Source: Eledone cirrhosa
Lineage: Eukaryota
NCBI GenBank assembly: GCA_964016885.1
Contig: OZ024742.1
Location: 26,474,001-26,538,000 of the forward strand
Direction of reading: 5' to 3'
Length of the DNA stretch: 64,000 nucleotides
In this document: in pieces, positions 28,768 through 43,310 of the stretch
Layout: each line of letters begins with the position of its first letter
Numbering within the stretch: the stretch's first letter is position 1
Made by a program: the position numbers and the translations under genes
The notes under the pieces: generated by a model
What the model was told of the DNA's origin: nothing
Database searches by the model: none
Seen by the model: only the letters and a program-made list of their open reading frames with translations

Positions 28768-30312
28768 AGATAAATCTACCAAAATATTCCATAGTGTCCA
28801 ATCCGTATGAAGAACTCAATGTAATCCAAATATCATGAAAATAGAAGATGTATTCAACATGTTTTCGATTAAAGACACAGGAATACAGAGTCAAGATAAA
28901 TTAATAAAAATAATGAATAAAAACAAAGAAACAGTTCCTTATATTAAAAATTCATCATTTTACGATCGTTTCTAGGATATATATGTGTGTGTTGGTATGT
29001 ATATCATATAGATCTATGTAAAAATTTTACAAACTATCAGAGGGAATATACATACCTACACATATATATGCTGTCTTCAGAAATAATGATATTTGTTTAT
29101 TGAAAAAAACCAACAAAGATTTAATATAACATGTCTGTTTGCGAACAGGTTTTGAATTGACCAATAGAAAAATAGTAAGTGGTCAAGTTGATAGAATAGT
29201 AGTAATAGAAATTTAATTTAGGGGTAGAGGAATGCAGACTTCAGTTTTGAATGGAAAGAGTATTTTGAATGAAAAGATTACTTTGGGATGAAAATAGGTC
29301 AAGCCGGTGAAAGGTACACGAAAATTTGATGTTATTAATGAATAATGCTAATGTTAAAATCTAAGGAGAATAAAATGTTACGATAAATGTGTTAGTGAAA
29401 AATATCAATCTTATTTAAAACATAAGGAATTTAGATCTATAAAAAGAAATTAAATTAATATAATTGATAGGTATATTTATAGGGATAAATTTATATTAAT
29501 TCGTATAGATATGATAAATAAGAGTTAGGTGTTATTAAAGAATGTTGTTAATAACGAAAGAAACACATTTTCTTTTTTTTTTTGGGGGGGGGGGGATAAA
29601 TGTATTTGTGAGAAATAACAAACTTATATAGATTACAAGGAATTTAGATTCATAACAGGAAATTAAAATAGTTTATATGTATAATTATTGGTATAAATTT
29701 TAGGAAAAGATAGCTGTAAAGGGGAAATAAAATTATGCAGTTCTTAGTAGTAGAATATTAATTATAGGTTAACTAATTTTTAAAAATGAATTATAATAAT
29801 TTGTAAAATATAAGTGTATATTAATTAGGTTTATAATATTTGAAAGTAATTCTAATTCTATGATTGCACGATATAATTAATTCTTGTCGCTTATTTAATA
29901 GGATATTCTTAGATTTCATTATTTCAAAAAATTCCTGGGAACATAATCTACATTCATATCTATTATTGTGATGAGGGGTGGCCCTTTTGAGCACACTCCA
30001 GGTCAGATTATAATCGATATTCTTTTTTCTATAATTATAATTATTTCAGCTAAGGATGTTGTATTAGCTAATGCGGCATTTTTAAAACTGTGTTTGTGGG
30101 TATTAAATCTTATTAATGAGGCAATTTATTTTAATGGGCAATTGAAAGGAAATTGCCTTATTAGTATATAAATTATTAGTATATAAATTTAAAATTAGCA
30201 CTGAGGACTCAACTTATTCATATATAGGAGCTACTTCTAACCAATTTAAAGTAAGATTTAATACCCACAAACACAGTTTTAAAAATGCCGCATTAGCTAA
30301 TGCAACATCCTT
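28768..30312 (-). mobile_element. Naiad-type PLE 3' fragment with 5' inversion
   Basis: Minus strand 29821-30112 encodes RFNTHKHSFKN..TSLAE..ECRLCSQE..LNKRQELIISCNHR. Plus strand ~30125-30312 encodes the upstream GNCL..VYKFKI..YIGATSNQFKVRFNTHKHSF. 30052-30112 and 30252-30312 are inverted duplicates. Confidence 0.8.
28952..29089 (-). ncRNA. Canonical type-I hammerhead ribozyme with long stem II
   Basis: TCATTATTT-CTGAAGA-[~100-nt hairpin]-GAAA-CGATCG-TA-AAATGATGA. Confidence 0.78.
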
Positions 30313-30686
30313 GGAGAAAAAGCTAGACGGGGCATACACACGGATGCTCCTTGCTGCTTTAAACGTGTCTTGGAGGGAACACCCAACAAATAAGGATCTC
30401 TATGGCAATACACCACCTATCAGCACTTCAATACGGAGACAGAGACACAGATTTTCTGGCCACTGTTGGCGCAGCAAGGTAGAAATAGCAGGCGTTGTAT
30501 TGTTATGGAGTCCATCTTATGGAGCAAGAAACGCTGGTCGTCCCAAGAAGACATACGTCAAGCAACTTGAGGACGATACTGGATGCATTGCGAAAGAAAT
30601 GGCAAACGCTGTGAGAGACAGAGATGGATGGAGGAAACGTGTCGTAGAAAGGCGAGCAAGCTCGACCTGATGATGATGATGATGAT
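30311..30686 (+). mobile_element. RTE-clade LINE 3' fragment
   Basis: LDGAYTRMLLAALNVSWREH..RFSGHCWR..GRPKKTY..RDGWR; (TGA)n tail. Confidence 0.88.
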
Positions 30687-30699
30687 ATATATATTGTAT

Positions 30700-30809
30700 A
30701 TAGGAAAATGATTGACTCCGCCGGCAGAGCTCAAGCCGTTTCGACTGTTATTTCTGAAATAGGCGTCGAAACGACTTGAGCTCTGCCGTCGGGCCAAACA
30801 TTTTCCTAT
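30700..30809. repeat. ~110-bp palindrome; each arm carries a hammerhead 3' half
   Basis: ATAGGAAAATG..GTTTCGAC / GTCGAAAC..CATTTTCCTAT. Arm consensus GAAA-CGGC-TTGAGCTCT-GCCG-TC. Confidence 0.75.
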
Positions 30810-33375
30810 TACCCACTCTACTACTCTAAGTATTGAGTACTCTGGTGCGTTATTGTCCATCTGGTTCCTTACCACACCTCCTTCGTTATATATTGTATAT
30901 ATATATAGATGATTGTGTTCGTGTTTATTTATTGATGTATATAACGAAAACTTTTGATCTTCTATTTGCCTTATATTATGGCAAAAAATATAATTTGTTT
31001 CTTTATTGATACTTCTGCTACTTTGGGAGATTATTCCAAGGGTTTGCAGACGGTAGCTCACTTTGATGATAGTGACTTGGGGGAGGTATAAATTAAATTG
31101 TTTTGAAATTAAACGCTGAATATTATCTAATCCTTTTTTTTTTTTTGTTTGTTCATAGTAGAAATATTTTAGCCCTAGATCCCGAGAAATGATTAATTGC
31201 TTGCAAGTCGTGATCACCCAGCACATTTCGAGTAAATTGTGTACCCAATTCTATATGAAAACCTTCGTACTTCTTCTCTAAAGTGGCATGGATGGATTTA
31301 AGTGATTTGGCTAATATGTCTTCAAAGTAATGGGTTCAGTGCCTTCCCTTCCTTTTCAAAATTCCTATGCTTTCCATATCATGATTTGTATCATATCTAT
31401 TTCATAACACGTATTCACTATTATCCATTTCCTATTATGATGTGACTGCTGTATATCTCAGTTTAATGGAACATGCATTGTTAATTTGTTTACATCTTGA
31501 GGATTAGCCTTATATCTAGGAGAAATGAATCTTGAAACATTCTCTCTGACATAGTTCTCGTTATATTTGTAAATACCATTTACAGAACGTGGGCAAGTTA
31601 TGTATTCACTATATACACAAATGAGAATTGAGACAATTTCCAACATTGTCCCCGGCCACATGGCATCAATATATTTAATCACACAATACAGAGGTACTTA
31701 TTTAATTAAAGAAACTAGCATAAATGAAGGTAACAACACCCACAATGTGTAATCAGCAGCTAGTATTTACGTTACTAAGAGATATACTCAGAAATGTATC
31801 ATCTTTTCATAGGTTCATCTTTTCATCCACAATTTCTATATCTTGTTGTAATCACTAGAGAGAATAATATAGGCACTTGTGCGTTCCAAATTCCGTGAAT
31901 CTCTCGTAATATATCTTTGTCGATATGTCATGTCTTAGTTCCTATAGAAGATTTAACAAAAATATATAATTTACTGGGGACAAATTACATCTGCCGAATA
32001 TTTTGGCATTACCTAAGCCAATGTTTGAATCTCTACTATAACATTCTCACTCAAATTAAACCATAAACTCCCAAGTGTAAAATAAAAACAACAAGATATT
32101 CCCTAGAAAGGCCGAATGTCAATGAGAGTTACAGTGCCATACATACTTACGTATGTTACAAACATCCACTAACAGGCCAGCTGGATAAGACTAGAATGTC
32201 CTATGTTCATTGTTTAGTTAGGAGAAGGGTGAATTGGGGTTAAAATAAGCTACAAATATAACCAATTCCAAGGAGAAAATAATATGAACTCTTCCTTCCT
32301 AAGGGGAAATATTGCAATAAGTGACAGGCAATATATTTACCATTGATTAGTTAGGCTAGCGATATTAAATTTACGGGGGATAAGGTGGGGAGTTCAGATA
32401 TTGGAAATTTCCAGTTAAACCGTACCCAACAATAAAAGTTGTCTTTAAGACTAAAGAATCGACCGAAGTTTGACACTTAGTCAATGTATTTTATCGGAAT
32501 GACATCTTCAACTTCACCGCTACAACCACCATAAAAAAAACGATGATAATAACAATAAAAGAAATAACAACAACAACAACAATAATAAAAATAATAATAA
32601 TAAAATAATGATGCGTTTTGTTTGCTGGAAAAATCAATGAAGACTGTTCAAAGGACGGGATACGACACACTTTTTACATATAACGTACTATAAACGTATG
32701 ACGAAAACAAACTGTTAACAAATGACCAACATAGACATTTCCCCAGTAGAAGGCAAAGGTAACCCTGGCATATCAATGAACTACGCAGTTCCAGTGTTAC
32801 CATTACCATAAAAGGAGAGAGTCCGTCGTCAGATTTCAAAAGCATGCACAGCTTGAATCAATTTATTTGCGGCATTGTCACAACTTTTCAAAGATTTACA
32901 TGGAGTTCCTCGGCCTGGTCTTCATGTAATTCATATATATACATATATGTAGATATAGATATAAAGAGAGAGGGAAAGAATGACACACATACTTACTCGC
33001 ATTCACACACACACAGACCCACGTATACACATTGTATACGTATGTTAGGTGTGTAACTACAGTTACAGGCTGCGCGTATTTCAAAATACTCAATGACGTT
33101 ACGAGGTCCGACTCATGTTGGGTCGTATTACAGAGTGAGGGCAGCTGTAGTGTATATATATATATATATATAATTTTATATATATATATATGAACACAAT
33201 GACTTATATGGTTTGGTGATTATTCAACAAAGTTAATTTTACAACAGCTTAGAAGTACTCTACAGTATTTATCTCTGGAGTATCATTAATATTAAGAATA
33301 TTAATAAATATATATATAGTGATAATAATAAATGTGAAGACTAAAATCCATAAGGATAAATAATCAGTTATTTTA

Positions 33376-33423
<48 letters not shown>

Positions 33424-33669
33424 CTGTGTGTGTGTCTTCTTTTATGGTCTTCTCTTTATCCTATGACATAAGCACAACTGTTTGAGAGAGAGATCGAGAT
33501 TGTTGAGCCAGATTAAGGCGTCATTCGTAGTAATATGGATTTCCTCCAGCCAATACCCAACAACATGCAGTCCTGTCTGGTCGGGGTCCCCATTTTCACA
33601 TGTTGGGTTGACTTTCCTTGATGGAGATGAAAGGTTGCCCTGGCTTGTATTATGCTGATCCAATTAAGG

Positions 33670-33830
33670 GGCTCCTACTTATGATGGTGAAGTTATCGTT
33701 TTCTACCGCTGGTACGCATTTTCAGCTGAATAGATAGGAGCAACGTGAAATGCAGCGTTTTGCTCACAAACACAACACAGGAATCGAACCCATGATACTA
33801 TGATCGTAACTACAACAACTTTCCCAGTTG
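33670..33830 (-). mobile_element. Degenerate tRNA-derived SINE (second family)
   Basis: GGGTTCGATTCC B-box on the minus strand followed by TGTGTTGTGTTTGTGAGCAAAAC. Confidence 0.5.
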
Positions 33831-34721
33831 AGGCTTATTTAATTGTCAGAGCAACTGAAAAATCAGTGAAGAATCTAATATAGCCCTATTTTCGATCGTA
33901 CGAAGTATTGAACTTCAATACTGTTTTTGTTTGAGGTCGTATTTGAAGGAGGGGGAGGAGGGGGATGTGGCTATCTGGTCGCTGTGCTGGTTATAACCGA
34001 TACATCAATTTCTGTAAGTGGCATGTGATTTATTGAAAATGCAAAAGATTACTTAAAAAGGAACACCTATAAAAAATATTATTGACTACTAAAGAGAAAA
34101 ATAATTTTTTTTTAAAATGTAAAAACCGTGAAACTGCAGATTAAAAAAAAATCGTGAAAATGCGTTAACGTGCAAATTCAAAAATCCGAAAATTTTGTGA
34201 AAGTGTAAATAAATGAATTTTAAAAAATTGCTAAGAATATGAAGGCTAAAACTGAAATATTGGAAAATTATAATTATGTTGAATGAATATCTAAAAATGA
34301 AGAGGTGCACTCTTGTGAATTATCTGTTAGTAGTAAGCGTTTTAATCCAATGTGCAAAAACTATCACGAACATATTGGAAATTTATTGAAGTTTCACTTG
34401 CCACGTCTCAGTTTTGAGAAAACACCCTGAGCAATGAGGTAAAATTGTAAAATATACACGTAAGTCGATGGCTGTTGATTATCACATTGAAAAGCTCTTG
34501 TTAAAATATATCTCAAGGAAATAGGAAAACATTTGGAAGCTGGCAAGGACTGATGTAATGAATACATAGCTGTAGTATATAGAGATATTCATTAGATCTG
34601 GGGATCAAAACGAATGGGAGCAATATTTTTTAAGATGGAAGTAGATTACATAGTTAAAATAATTAGCATAAATGTTCATATTAAAGATAAAGTATAATAA
34701 ATATATAATATAATAATAATA

Positions 34722-34890
34722 ATTGTTTCTACTTTTGGCACAAGGCCAGCAATTATCCAAGTGCATTTGTTCGACCCCGTAAGGATGAAAGGCAAAGTTA
34801 ACCCCGGCGGGATATGAACTCAGACCGTAAAGGGCCGTGACTCTATGCTGCAGAGCCTGGCGTCAGTCCCTCTTCCGATACTACCAATAG
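34722..34890 (-). mobile_element. tRNA-derived SINE, same family as 11722
   Basis: CGACCCCGTAAGGATGAAAGGCAAAGTTAACC..GAACTCAGACC; (TAA)n tail on the left. Confidence 0.78.
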
Positions 34891-35809
34891 TAATAACGTC
34901 AGGTCGGGCTTGTGCCTGCTACTTGTACCAGGTACCCCAGTACAACCTGATTCATTGTTGAGTAGACGGCATCTAAACTGGCTCCCCCACAAAATAATGG
35001 TCTGGAGAGGAGAGTAAGTGGAACTCCAACAGCGCAAAAAACGAGAGCTCTTAAAATAGTGGATGAACTCCATAGTGTCAATGGTCATCCACCTCAACTA
35101 TGAGTTAACATTTTAGCATTTGAACCGGCCACATCTGGCCAAAATTCTATCACCTCTGTCTGTAAGCTGACCGTAACCGGTGGCTCATACTTATGTTAAG
35201 GTAATCTTCACTAAATAAATAATATCAAAATCTCATAGATTCGATATTATGTGAGATAAAACCTTTACTGTTAAAATACAATCGTAAATACTAAATACTA
35301 GAGAAATGTAAATGTTAAATAGCCTCAACATCCCGCAATTGGCTAAGCGCAGTGAGTACGACACCTATGACATTTCCAAAACCAAACAGAAAGTGGAGGA
35401 GCTCAACCAGAGAGGGACTCTTCCAACAGGAGTGAAACGCCCTTGGAGTAAATTCCGAATCGGGATTTTCGTTATATCCTCGACCAAGACACTTTTTTTT
35501 GCGTTGTTCCTTCTGCCTCGATTTGCGCACTGTAGAGAATAGCAGTAAGGGTAAGTTCAATGGAAACATTGTTTCATTGGTCGATTTGACGAGGTCCACC
35601 ACATTCTCTGAGCAAATGAGTTCCGGGTTCTTGTCTATTGGTTCTGTATCTTGCTCAATTAAAGAAACACTATTTCTGCGATATTAGGACACATATTTAA
35701 GTCGGGGAGGGTATAGTAGATGATATGCGTCCAATGTACCAAGAAACTACGAGGTAGTGGTGAGAAAGTTTTATACTCATACTTATACAGGTTTATTAAT
35801 GTCCATATA

Positions 35810-35869
<60 letters not shown>

Positions 35870-35874
<5 letters not shown>

Positions 35875-36660
35875 AGTGAGGTTTTTTTTAACAAAATGAA
35901 AATTAACCGAGGTGTCCTACACGAGTGAAAGTATAAAGAAAAAAGATGAAATCGAAAATGCAACTGGAGTCTTATTTTTTTTTAAATATATATATTTATT
36001 TGGTTCCTTTATCGGTTTCGTAGTTCTTCTGCTTTTCAAAAGTAGAGTTGAGATGGAGGGTCTGTGGTTTTTCTCACATCTGGTTGGTCTCTGAATGTTA
36101 CTTCTTTTATATGGAAAAAGTGGTTCGAAATGCCAGGTTTTTCGGGAAGTAATTTGATTGGTTCGTCAATAATTATAATAAATTTCGCGCTAGTTCGCGT
36201 TACAATAGTTCTTCAAATAAGAGGGGTGGGGGGTGTCACAGGTTGTTTTTTCGTATATAAGTGTTTGAATTTCTTTTTACTTGAAAGAAGGGGCTCACGA
36301 AGGCTTTTTTTTTAAATAAGCATAATTTGATTGGTTATAAATGAAATTATAGCTGTCACGCGAACAAGTTTTCATTAAAATTTTCGCGCCCTTATTTGGA
36401 AATCCATGCTGTAGCCTTTTTAGAGAATTTTATGATAAGTAAAAGATAATGGTCAAGAGAAATTGGATGGGAGAATTGTTCTTGTTCAGGGAATATGGTT
36501 AGTTCGCTGGGGTGTCAGAATTCAGATTTTCTATTGAATAAAGAATGTAAAGATATGTATGTTTATTTGTGTGCTTGTGTGTGTGTGCGTGTGTGTGTGT
36601 TGTGTGTCTGTGTTTGAATTTCTTTTTACTTAAAAAAAAGTGGCTCACGAAGGCTTTTTA
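35870..36660 (+). repeat. Dispersed ~750-bp repeat, copy 1 (follows (TA)n)
   Basis: Colinear with 60288-60990; partial inverted copy at 61545-61782. Confidence 0.85.
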
Positions 36661-37657
36661 TATATATATATAAGTATGTATACGTACATACATATATGTA
36701 TACAGACGTACAGTAGTACGTATATATATATATATACATATATGCACACATATATATATGTACGTAGGGATTCACAGGACATTTATTATAATGCTCGGTG
36801 TGTTTGTAAACAAACATCCCGAATTAAGCCGTACAATGTCTATCAACGATCGTTGCTCATTTGTTCAACGCTGACAAAGAAACGCTGTACTATTTTCAAG
36901 CTTATTAGCTATCGTCAGCAACGTATACCTTCCTACCAGATGATTGAACGTCTGAAAGTATATACTTTCCTTATGCATATTAACGGCTGAGCAGTCTAAT
37001 TTGCATATCGAGTGAGTTAATTGGCCGGGGTACCGAACACGTCTGTATACATATATGTATGTACGTATACATACTTATATTTAAGTAACAGCCGTACTAA
37101 GAGTGAGAAATGAAATTTCGTTTCATTTTTGCCGTTTATCGTTTTCGGTACCCCTGTGGTTTAACCGTGCGATCGGGTGTACAGCCCGACTATTTCTATG
37201 TCCCCGGGCATATATATATATATGCCGCACATATATCTATGTGTGTGTGTTTGTATTTGTCTCAATATTTGTTATACCTGATAATATAGGAGTTTTCATA
37301 GCATTGTGTCATATATTGCCAGGCTGTGAAATGTCAAAATCTCGCCACACCGTTCATCCATCTGCTAGCTAGGAAACTGGTTGCACAATATGATAGAAAT
37401 GATACACCGTGGCCACTGGCAACCAATTCATTTGCATAATAATTCACAATGTGGAACAGCGTACAACACATAAATAGTATGCTAAAGGTCACATTGGTGG
37501 TGGTCTACAATATGTGTGTATTTGTTATTCAGATGATGTTGATATACAACAGTGACTCTTCTAAATACATAATGGCCATACACACATAGACACATTTGAA
37601 AGCACATCCATCAGTATATAGCCGCACACACACATATACACATACATATGCCTATTT

Positions 37658-37715
<58 letters not shown>

Positions 37716-37724
37716 GTATCTGTT

Positions 37725-37856
37725 TACAGAAGCGAAAAAACAACCAACAGTGAGTGTGTTCTGTTATTATATCTGGCAATATTACAAAAAATATGGCCCT
37801 CCCCAAGCATAACAATATTTGTTTCGACACACGATTTCCTATCAGAAACCTTGCAA

Positions 37857-37860
<4 letters not shown>
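37725..37860. repeat. Short dispersed repeat; inverted copy at ~43324-43430
   Basis: Shared GTTTTGC.AGG..ATCGTGTGTCGAAACAAATATTGTTAT.CTTGGGGAGGG; both copies lie in or next to (TA)n. Confidence 0.7.
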
Positions 37861-37931
<71 letters not shown>

Positions 37932-37952
37932 TTATATATTTATATATATATT

Positions 37953-38063
<111 letters not shown>

Positions 38064-38812
38064 TTATATATATATATATATTTATATATATACACACACA
38101 TAATCATATATAGTATAGAAATATGATTTACATAATTGCAAAATCTTCGTTTGAAACCTTTATTCCATAATTTGAAAACCATAACCAGTTCCATTATATG
38201 AAATACATCATTTATATATATTCTATACACGATCAGGTTGACTGAGAGTATGTTGTATTTAGAGTGGGTGTTCAAACATTAGGTTATTGAACTAGTTACC
38301 TGGATGTTTACAGATAAAATTAATTGTAAGGTGAAAGCATCTAGTAAGAAATACTTTTTTCTGTAACGATATTATTTTCTACATTGTGATGCGTAATTTA
38401 CATTTGAATAAACATTTAAGATATTTATAAATTTTAAAAAGTATATCTAAATATGTTTCTTATATTTCACCTTTGTTAAAAGATTTATAGCATTTGTCTC
38501 ACATGCATACAATAAAAAGTATTTGTTTGAACAAATTAATTAAATATAAATATATTTTCTTTACACCATTCTCATTTCTCGTTGATCGCAAAAGGTGGGG
38601 TTAATAGATTTGTAAACAGACATTTCTACATTTTGTGTCGAAATCGTGTGGTTCTACTTCATTGTGGTAATACAGCATACACACAAATAAACTCAAACAC
38701 TCAAGCACGCATACACATATATGTATGTATGTGTGTATGTATATATTGGCATACATATATATGTATGTATATATACGCATAAATGCGCGCACACACACAC
38801 ACATATAAATAC

Positions 38813-38908
<96 letters not shown>

Positions 38909-39644
38909 CTATATATATGTATGTATGTGTATATATATATGTATATATATATTTTTTTTTTATTTTTATATGTATATTTTATATTTGTGCGTGCATCTGA
39001 GTGTGAATGTTTGTGAATATATAAAGATAAGAATACCTATTTGACTTTTTTTTTTTTTTTCCGATTCTCGACAATATTTTTATATGTATTTTTTTTTTTT
39101 ACGTTTTCTAAGTTGATTCAAAGAATTCTTCTTTGATAGAATTGAATTGATCTAATAAACACAGATTTTCCTCTAAACATGAATCAGTTCTCTGTATAAT
39201 TCTGTTACCATTAATTTACTTATTTCTTCAAACTATCACCGTGCCGTCGTGACAAAGTGCGAAGATTTCAGTTTTAGCTGAAAATGTGTGAAAACCTTTG
39301 CTTGAAGTAATAAAGAATTTGTAAACTGGTATATAATCAATATTGAAACAACAAAATCAAATATCAAAGACAAAACAAATATAACATAGTTCCGGAGGTA
39401 ACAACAACATAAACAATGACAACAACATAAATGTTATAAAATATATAAAAATAGACAAACGAGAGAAAATGTATTAAAAAAAATATCCATTACAAAATGC
39501 ACATATATACATATATATATATATATATAGATATACACTTAAATATATGTGTATGTGTTTCAATGTGTGTCCGTGTGCTTATGTATATATGTAAATACAA
39601 CTTACTCTATTTCTCTGAGTGGTAGCCTGTGTGCATATAGACGG

Positions 39645-39678
<34 letters not shown>

Positions 39679-39841
39679 CATACGTATATATATACATATA
39701 TATATATATGCCTATATATGTATGCATATATATATTTTTAAGTACACATATTGACTATGTATTGTATATATATATATATGTAGATTTGTGTTTGTATTTA
39801 TATATACATGTATGCATGTATGTGTGTATATATTTTTTTAC

Positions 39842-39897
<56 letters not shown>

Positions 39898-41150
39898 ATA
39901 TGCATGTATATTAACTGTCAAAAGTTACTGTCGGCAACTTGAAATAAATTCGGCAATGATTATCAAGTTAGCTGCTACTCAACTCCTGATTCTTTTCTAA
40001 TTAAATACATTGGCATTGATTAAACATTTTCACTACTTTGCTTTACCATTCACCTCTCTTCCACATGTTCTTTCTATCTCACTCTCTCCCTTACACCTTT
40101 CCCTTTTTCTCTTTCTCCCACTTTCCTTTCCTCCTTTCTTTTTCTCCCTATTCGTCTTAATGTTTTTCACCCTTTCCCTAATATATTAATTTGATTTTTC
40201 TTGATTAGCATGAAAACAACGATCGCTTGATTTCGTTGCTTCCAAATTTTTGTATCATTTTCTCTTGATTGATTTAATTTCCGTCCAAGATGTTTAGGCC
40301 ATCGACTAAAGCATCGGCAAAGATTTCAATCTCTACTACTATTAACAGAAAGCTAGAACGTTATTGATTAATTCTATATATTAAAACATATAAAATAAAT
40401 CATAAAAGCACATAAAATTATACAAAAATACACGTCTATAGGATATTTTTCTCCCCCTCTCTCGTTCACTCTTTATATTTTGTTTCATTAGAGGTTTGTT
40501 TTGTTACGACGAAATTTATTCACATCTGGGGACAAACTTTACTAGATTTCATTATAAAACAAATAAAACCAGCCAGAAGAAAATGGCAAAATGATGTAAA
40601 AACTATATAAACAACAATATAAAATATAAAAGTAAAATGTAAATGCATAATACGAATCCTGCGTTGAAAATCCTTAAAACTAATACGGGTTTAATTAATT
40701 TAGAAATTGATTTAAAGATTGTGATTGCCCTTACAACATTCTTTTCTGAAACAGTTTTGCTAATTTTGTTTTGTTGAATTTTCTTTTAATTCGTGAATCA
40801 CATTTATCAATTGACACTATCTATATTATATTCACGTCTAATAGATTTCGATCCAGCAGCCATATGCCGTCAAATTACTCATCAATTTTGAATCAATTCG
40901 GTACTTCAGCTATCATCAGTTCATTTACCCCCACAACTATTTCCCCCATCACTCATATTTTTTAAAATCTCCAAACCTCACGGTTTATCTGTCTTATTGC
41001 CAGGCAAGTTCAGTATTATGTATTCCAAGATGTATTCAAAGATCAGAACAATAAATTGGATGGGTATTTACCACTTTGTATTGTATCAGAGAGCTACGCA
41101 CCAAACCTCCGCCTATTTAAATTCTCATCATTTTTTTTCAGTCAATCATC

Positions 41151-41267
<117 letters not shown>

Positions 41268-43256
41268 CCTCTCTGTCTCTCTCGTTTGTGATGTCTTGAT
41301 ATTAAAACATGGGAAATTATTTTGACTACTCATCACAATTTGCTTAGTAAATCATCAACTTTCTCTTCTGATTGTTTCCTATTAAGTCAGAGGAAGCTAT
41401 TACTTTGAAGTGTGTCATTTAAATGATGACAATTATACGCACAGCGTCAGGAATTTTTGTAGGGAGGATATCTTGAATACATCACTTCTTTCGGGCATGT
41501 CTGGATACTTTCTATCAGAAAACACTAGAAGGATAAATGGCGAATTTCAACTAGATATGATTTGATCTCAGAACGTAAACAAGCAGTGCATTATCCGACG
41601 CTGTAGCGATTGTACCAATTCAACATAACACCAATATTCCAGTAATATGAGACCTTCAGATTTGTACAGGGTTTTCTGCCGATATAAATATGTGTGAGGT
41701 AAAATATGTGGGTTTAAAACCTAATGAGACATCCAGAACAATGACAAGAGAAGTAATTCAACATCAAAACCAGGGTTAAACGGAATACAACAACAAAACT
41801 GGGAGAAAGCGGAAATTCTACGTTGTCAACAAAAAGGAATATTGTCACGAAGAATGATATGTCAATAAGAAGGTTTAGTTTTTCCAAATTACCAGTTGTG
41901 ACGAACAATTTTTTTAAGGAGACCGTGTATTTCGGATGATAATGTCGACTATTTCTTAACAATCTTATTCTTGAAATTATTTTTTTAATGAAATTGTTAA
42001 CTTTATTCTGTTTATAATTAAAGCAAGTGTTATACATGCTAATTTTAACGTTAATTTTTTATGTTTTATTTACTCCCCTTCCATACCCAATCACGACCGT
42101 CTGTAGAAACTATAGAGAAATAGAATGACTCGTGATTTTAACAAAAAAGATCTTCATAACATCTAAGTAATTCTCCTCTGCTCCTTGTTTAACTCATTTG
42201 TTTCTGTCAGTGGTATTTTTATTTAGCGACACATGATATGATTCTACCTCGCTATATTGTTATATTTGGTTAAATAGCACTGCTGGATTTTACCGGCACA
42301 TTCTAGGAAGTGACAGAATATATTCAGCTGAATAGGGAAATATATAAAAAAAGAGAAATTGTAAAGAAAAGCAATATAGCACATTGCACATTATAGCTGA
42401 ATAAAGCACAAAGACAAGCGATAGCAGAATATAATATAAATGCAATACAACACACGTTAGAATCATGCTGAGACAAAGTAAGAGTAAACAATGAACAGAC
42501 AGCATCAAACCATGCTAAAACATATAACAAAACCTAACAAAACCTATTAGTGCAAACACATATGAATGAATGCAAAGACTAAGAAAATATGACGGATGAA
42601 ATTAACAAAAGTTTACGAGAGGAAACTTATACACAATGATCACAAGCTACAGAGCGACAAAATAATAAACAACATAAAAATCATCCCTAAACAAACAAGC
42701 TAGAAATGCTATAAGAAGGATTATTGAGCACATAAAGAACTATATATCTAACGGCTTAAAATCAAATACAGTACGACACGGCATGCTCGATATCCAGAGT
42801 AACAAATCGCGAAACAAGGGAGGCAATTTGTAGATATTAATGGAATTCTAATTCAAAAGAAAAATATTCAACAGCGACAAATTGCAAGAGTAAAGCTAAA
42901 GTTAAAATGGAATGTTGATTAAAAAAGGGTTATAGCATTATTACACTACAAAACCAATATTACATAGAATATTGATACATCACTAAAATAGGATAACATA
43001 TAGGATAACATAAACCATAAAAACCATAAAATAGGATAACATAAACCATTCAAAACAAAGTAAATCAATTTTTTCCGAGCGAGAATCAAATAAAGAGATT
43101 TATAAGCCGAACCGAATATTCGAGTTCAAATAGTTCGTGAAAAGAAACGAAATCATTGTAGAGAATTAGATAACACAACACAAGTATAGAATCTACCAAA
43201 GGAAGATGAGCTGGAAATATAGGTTATCACTTAAAATTAATTCAATAACCTACATC

Positions 43257-43310
<54 letters not shown>

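Noticed and set aside
35312-35690. Possible exon or transposase remnant (also 26.4-26.8, 30.9-31.3, 32.6-32.9 and 42.2-43.2 kb)
   Set aside because: No recognisable motif or convincing splice structure by eye; needs BLASTX or RNA-seq.
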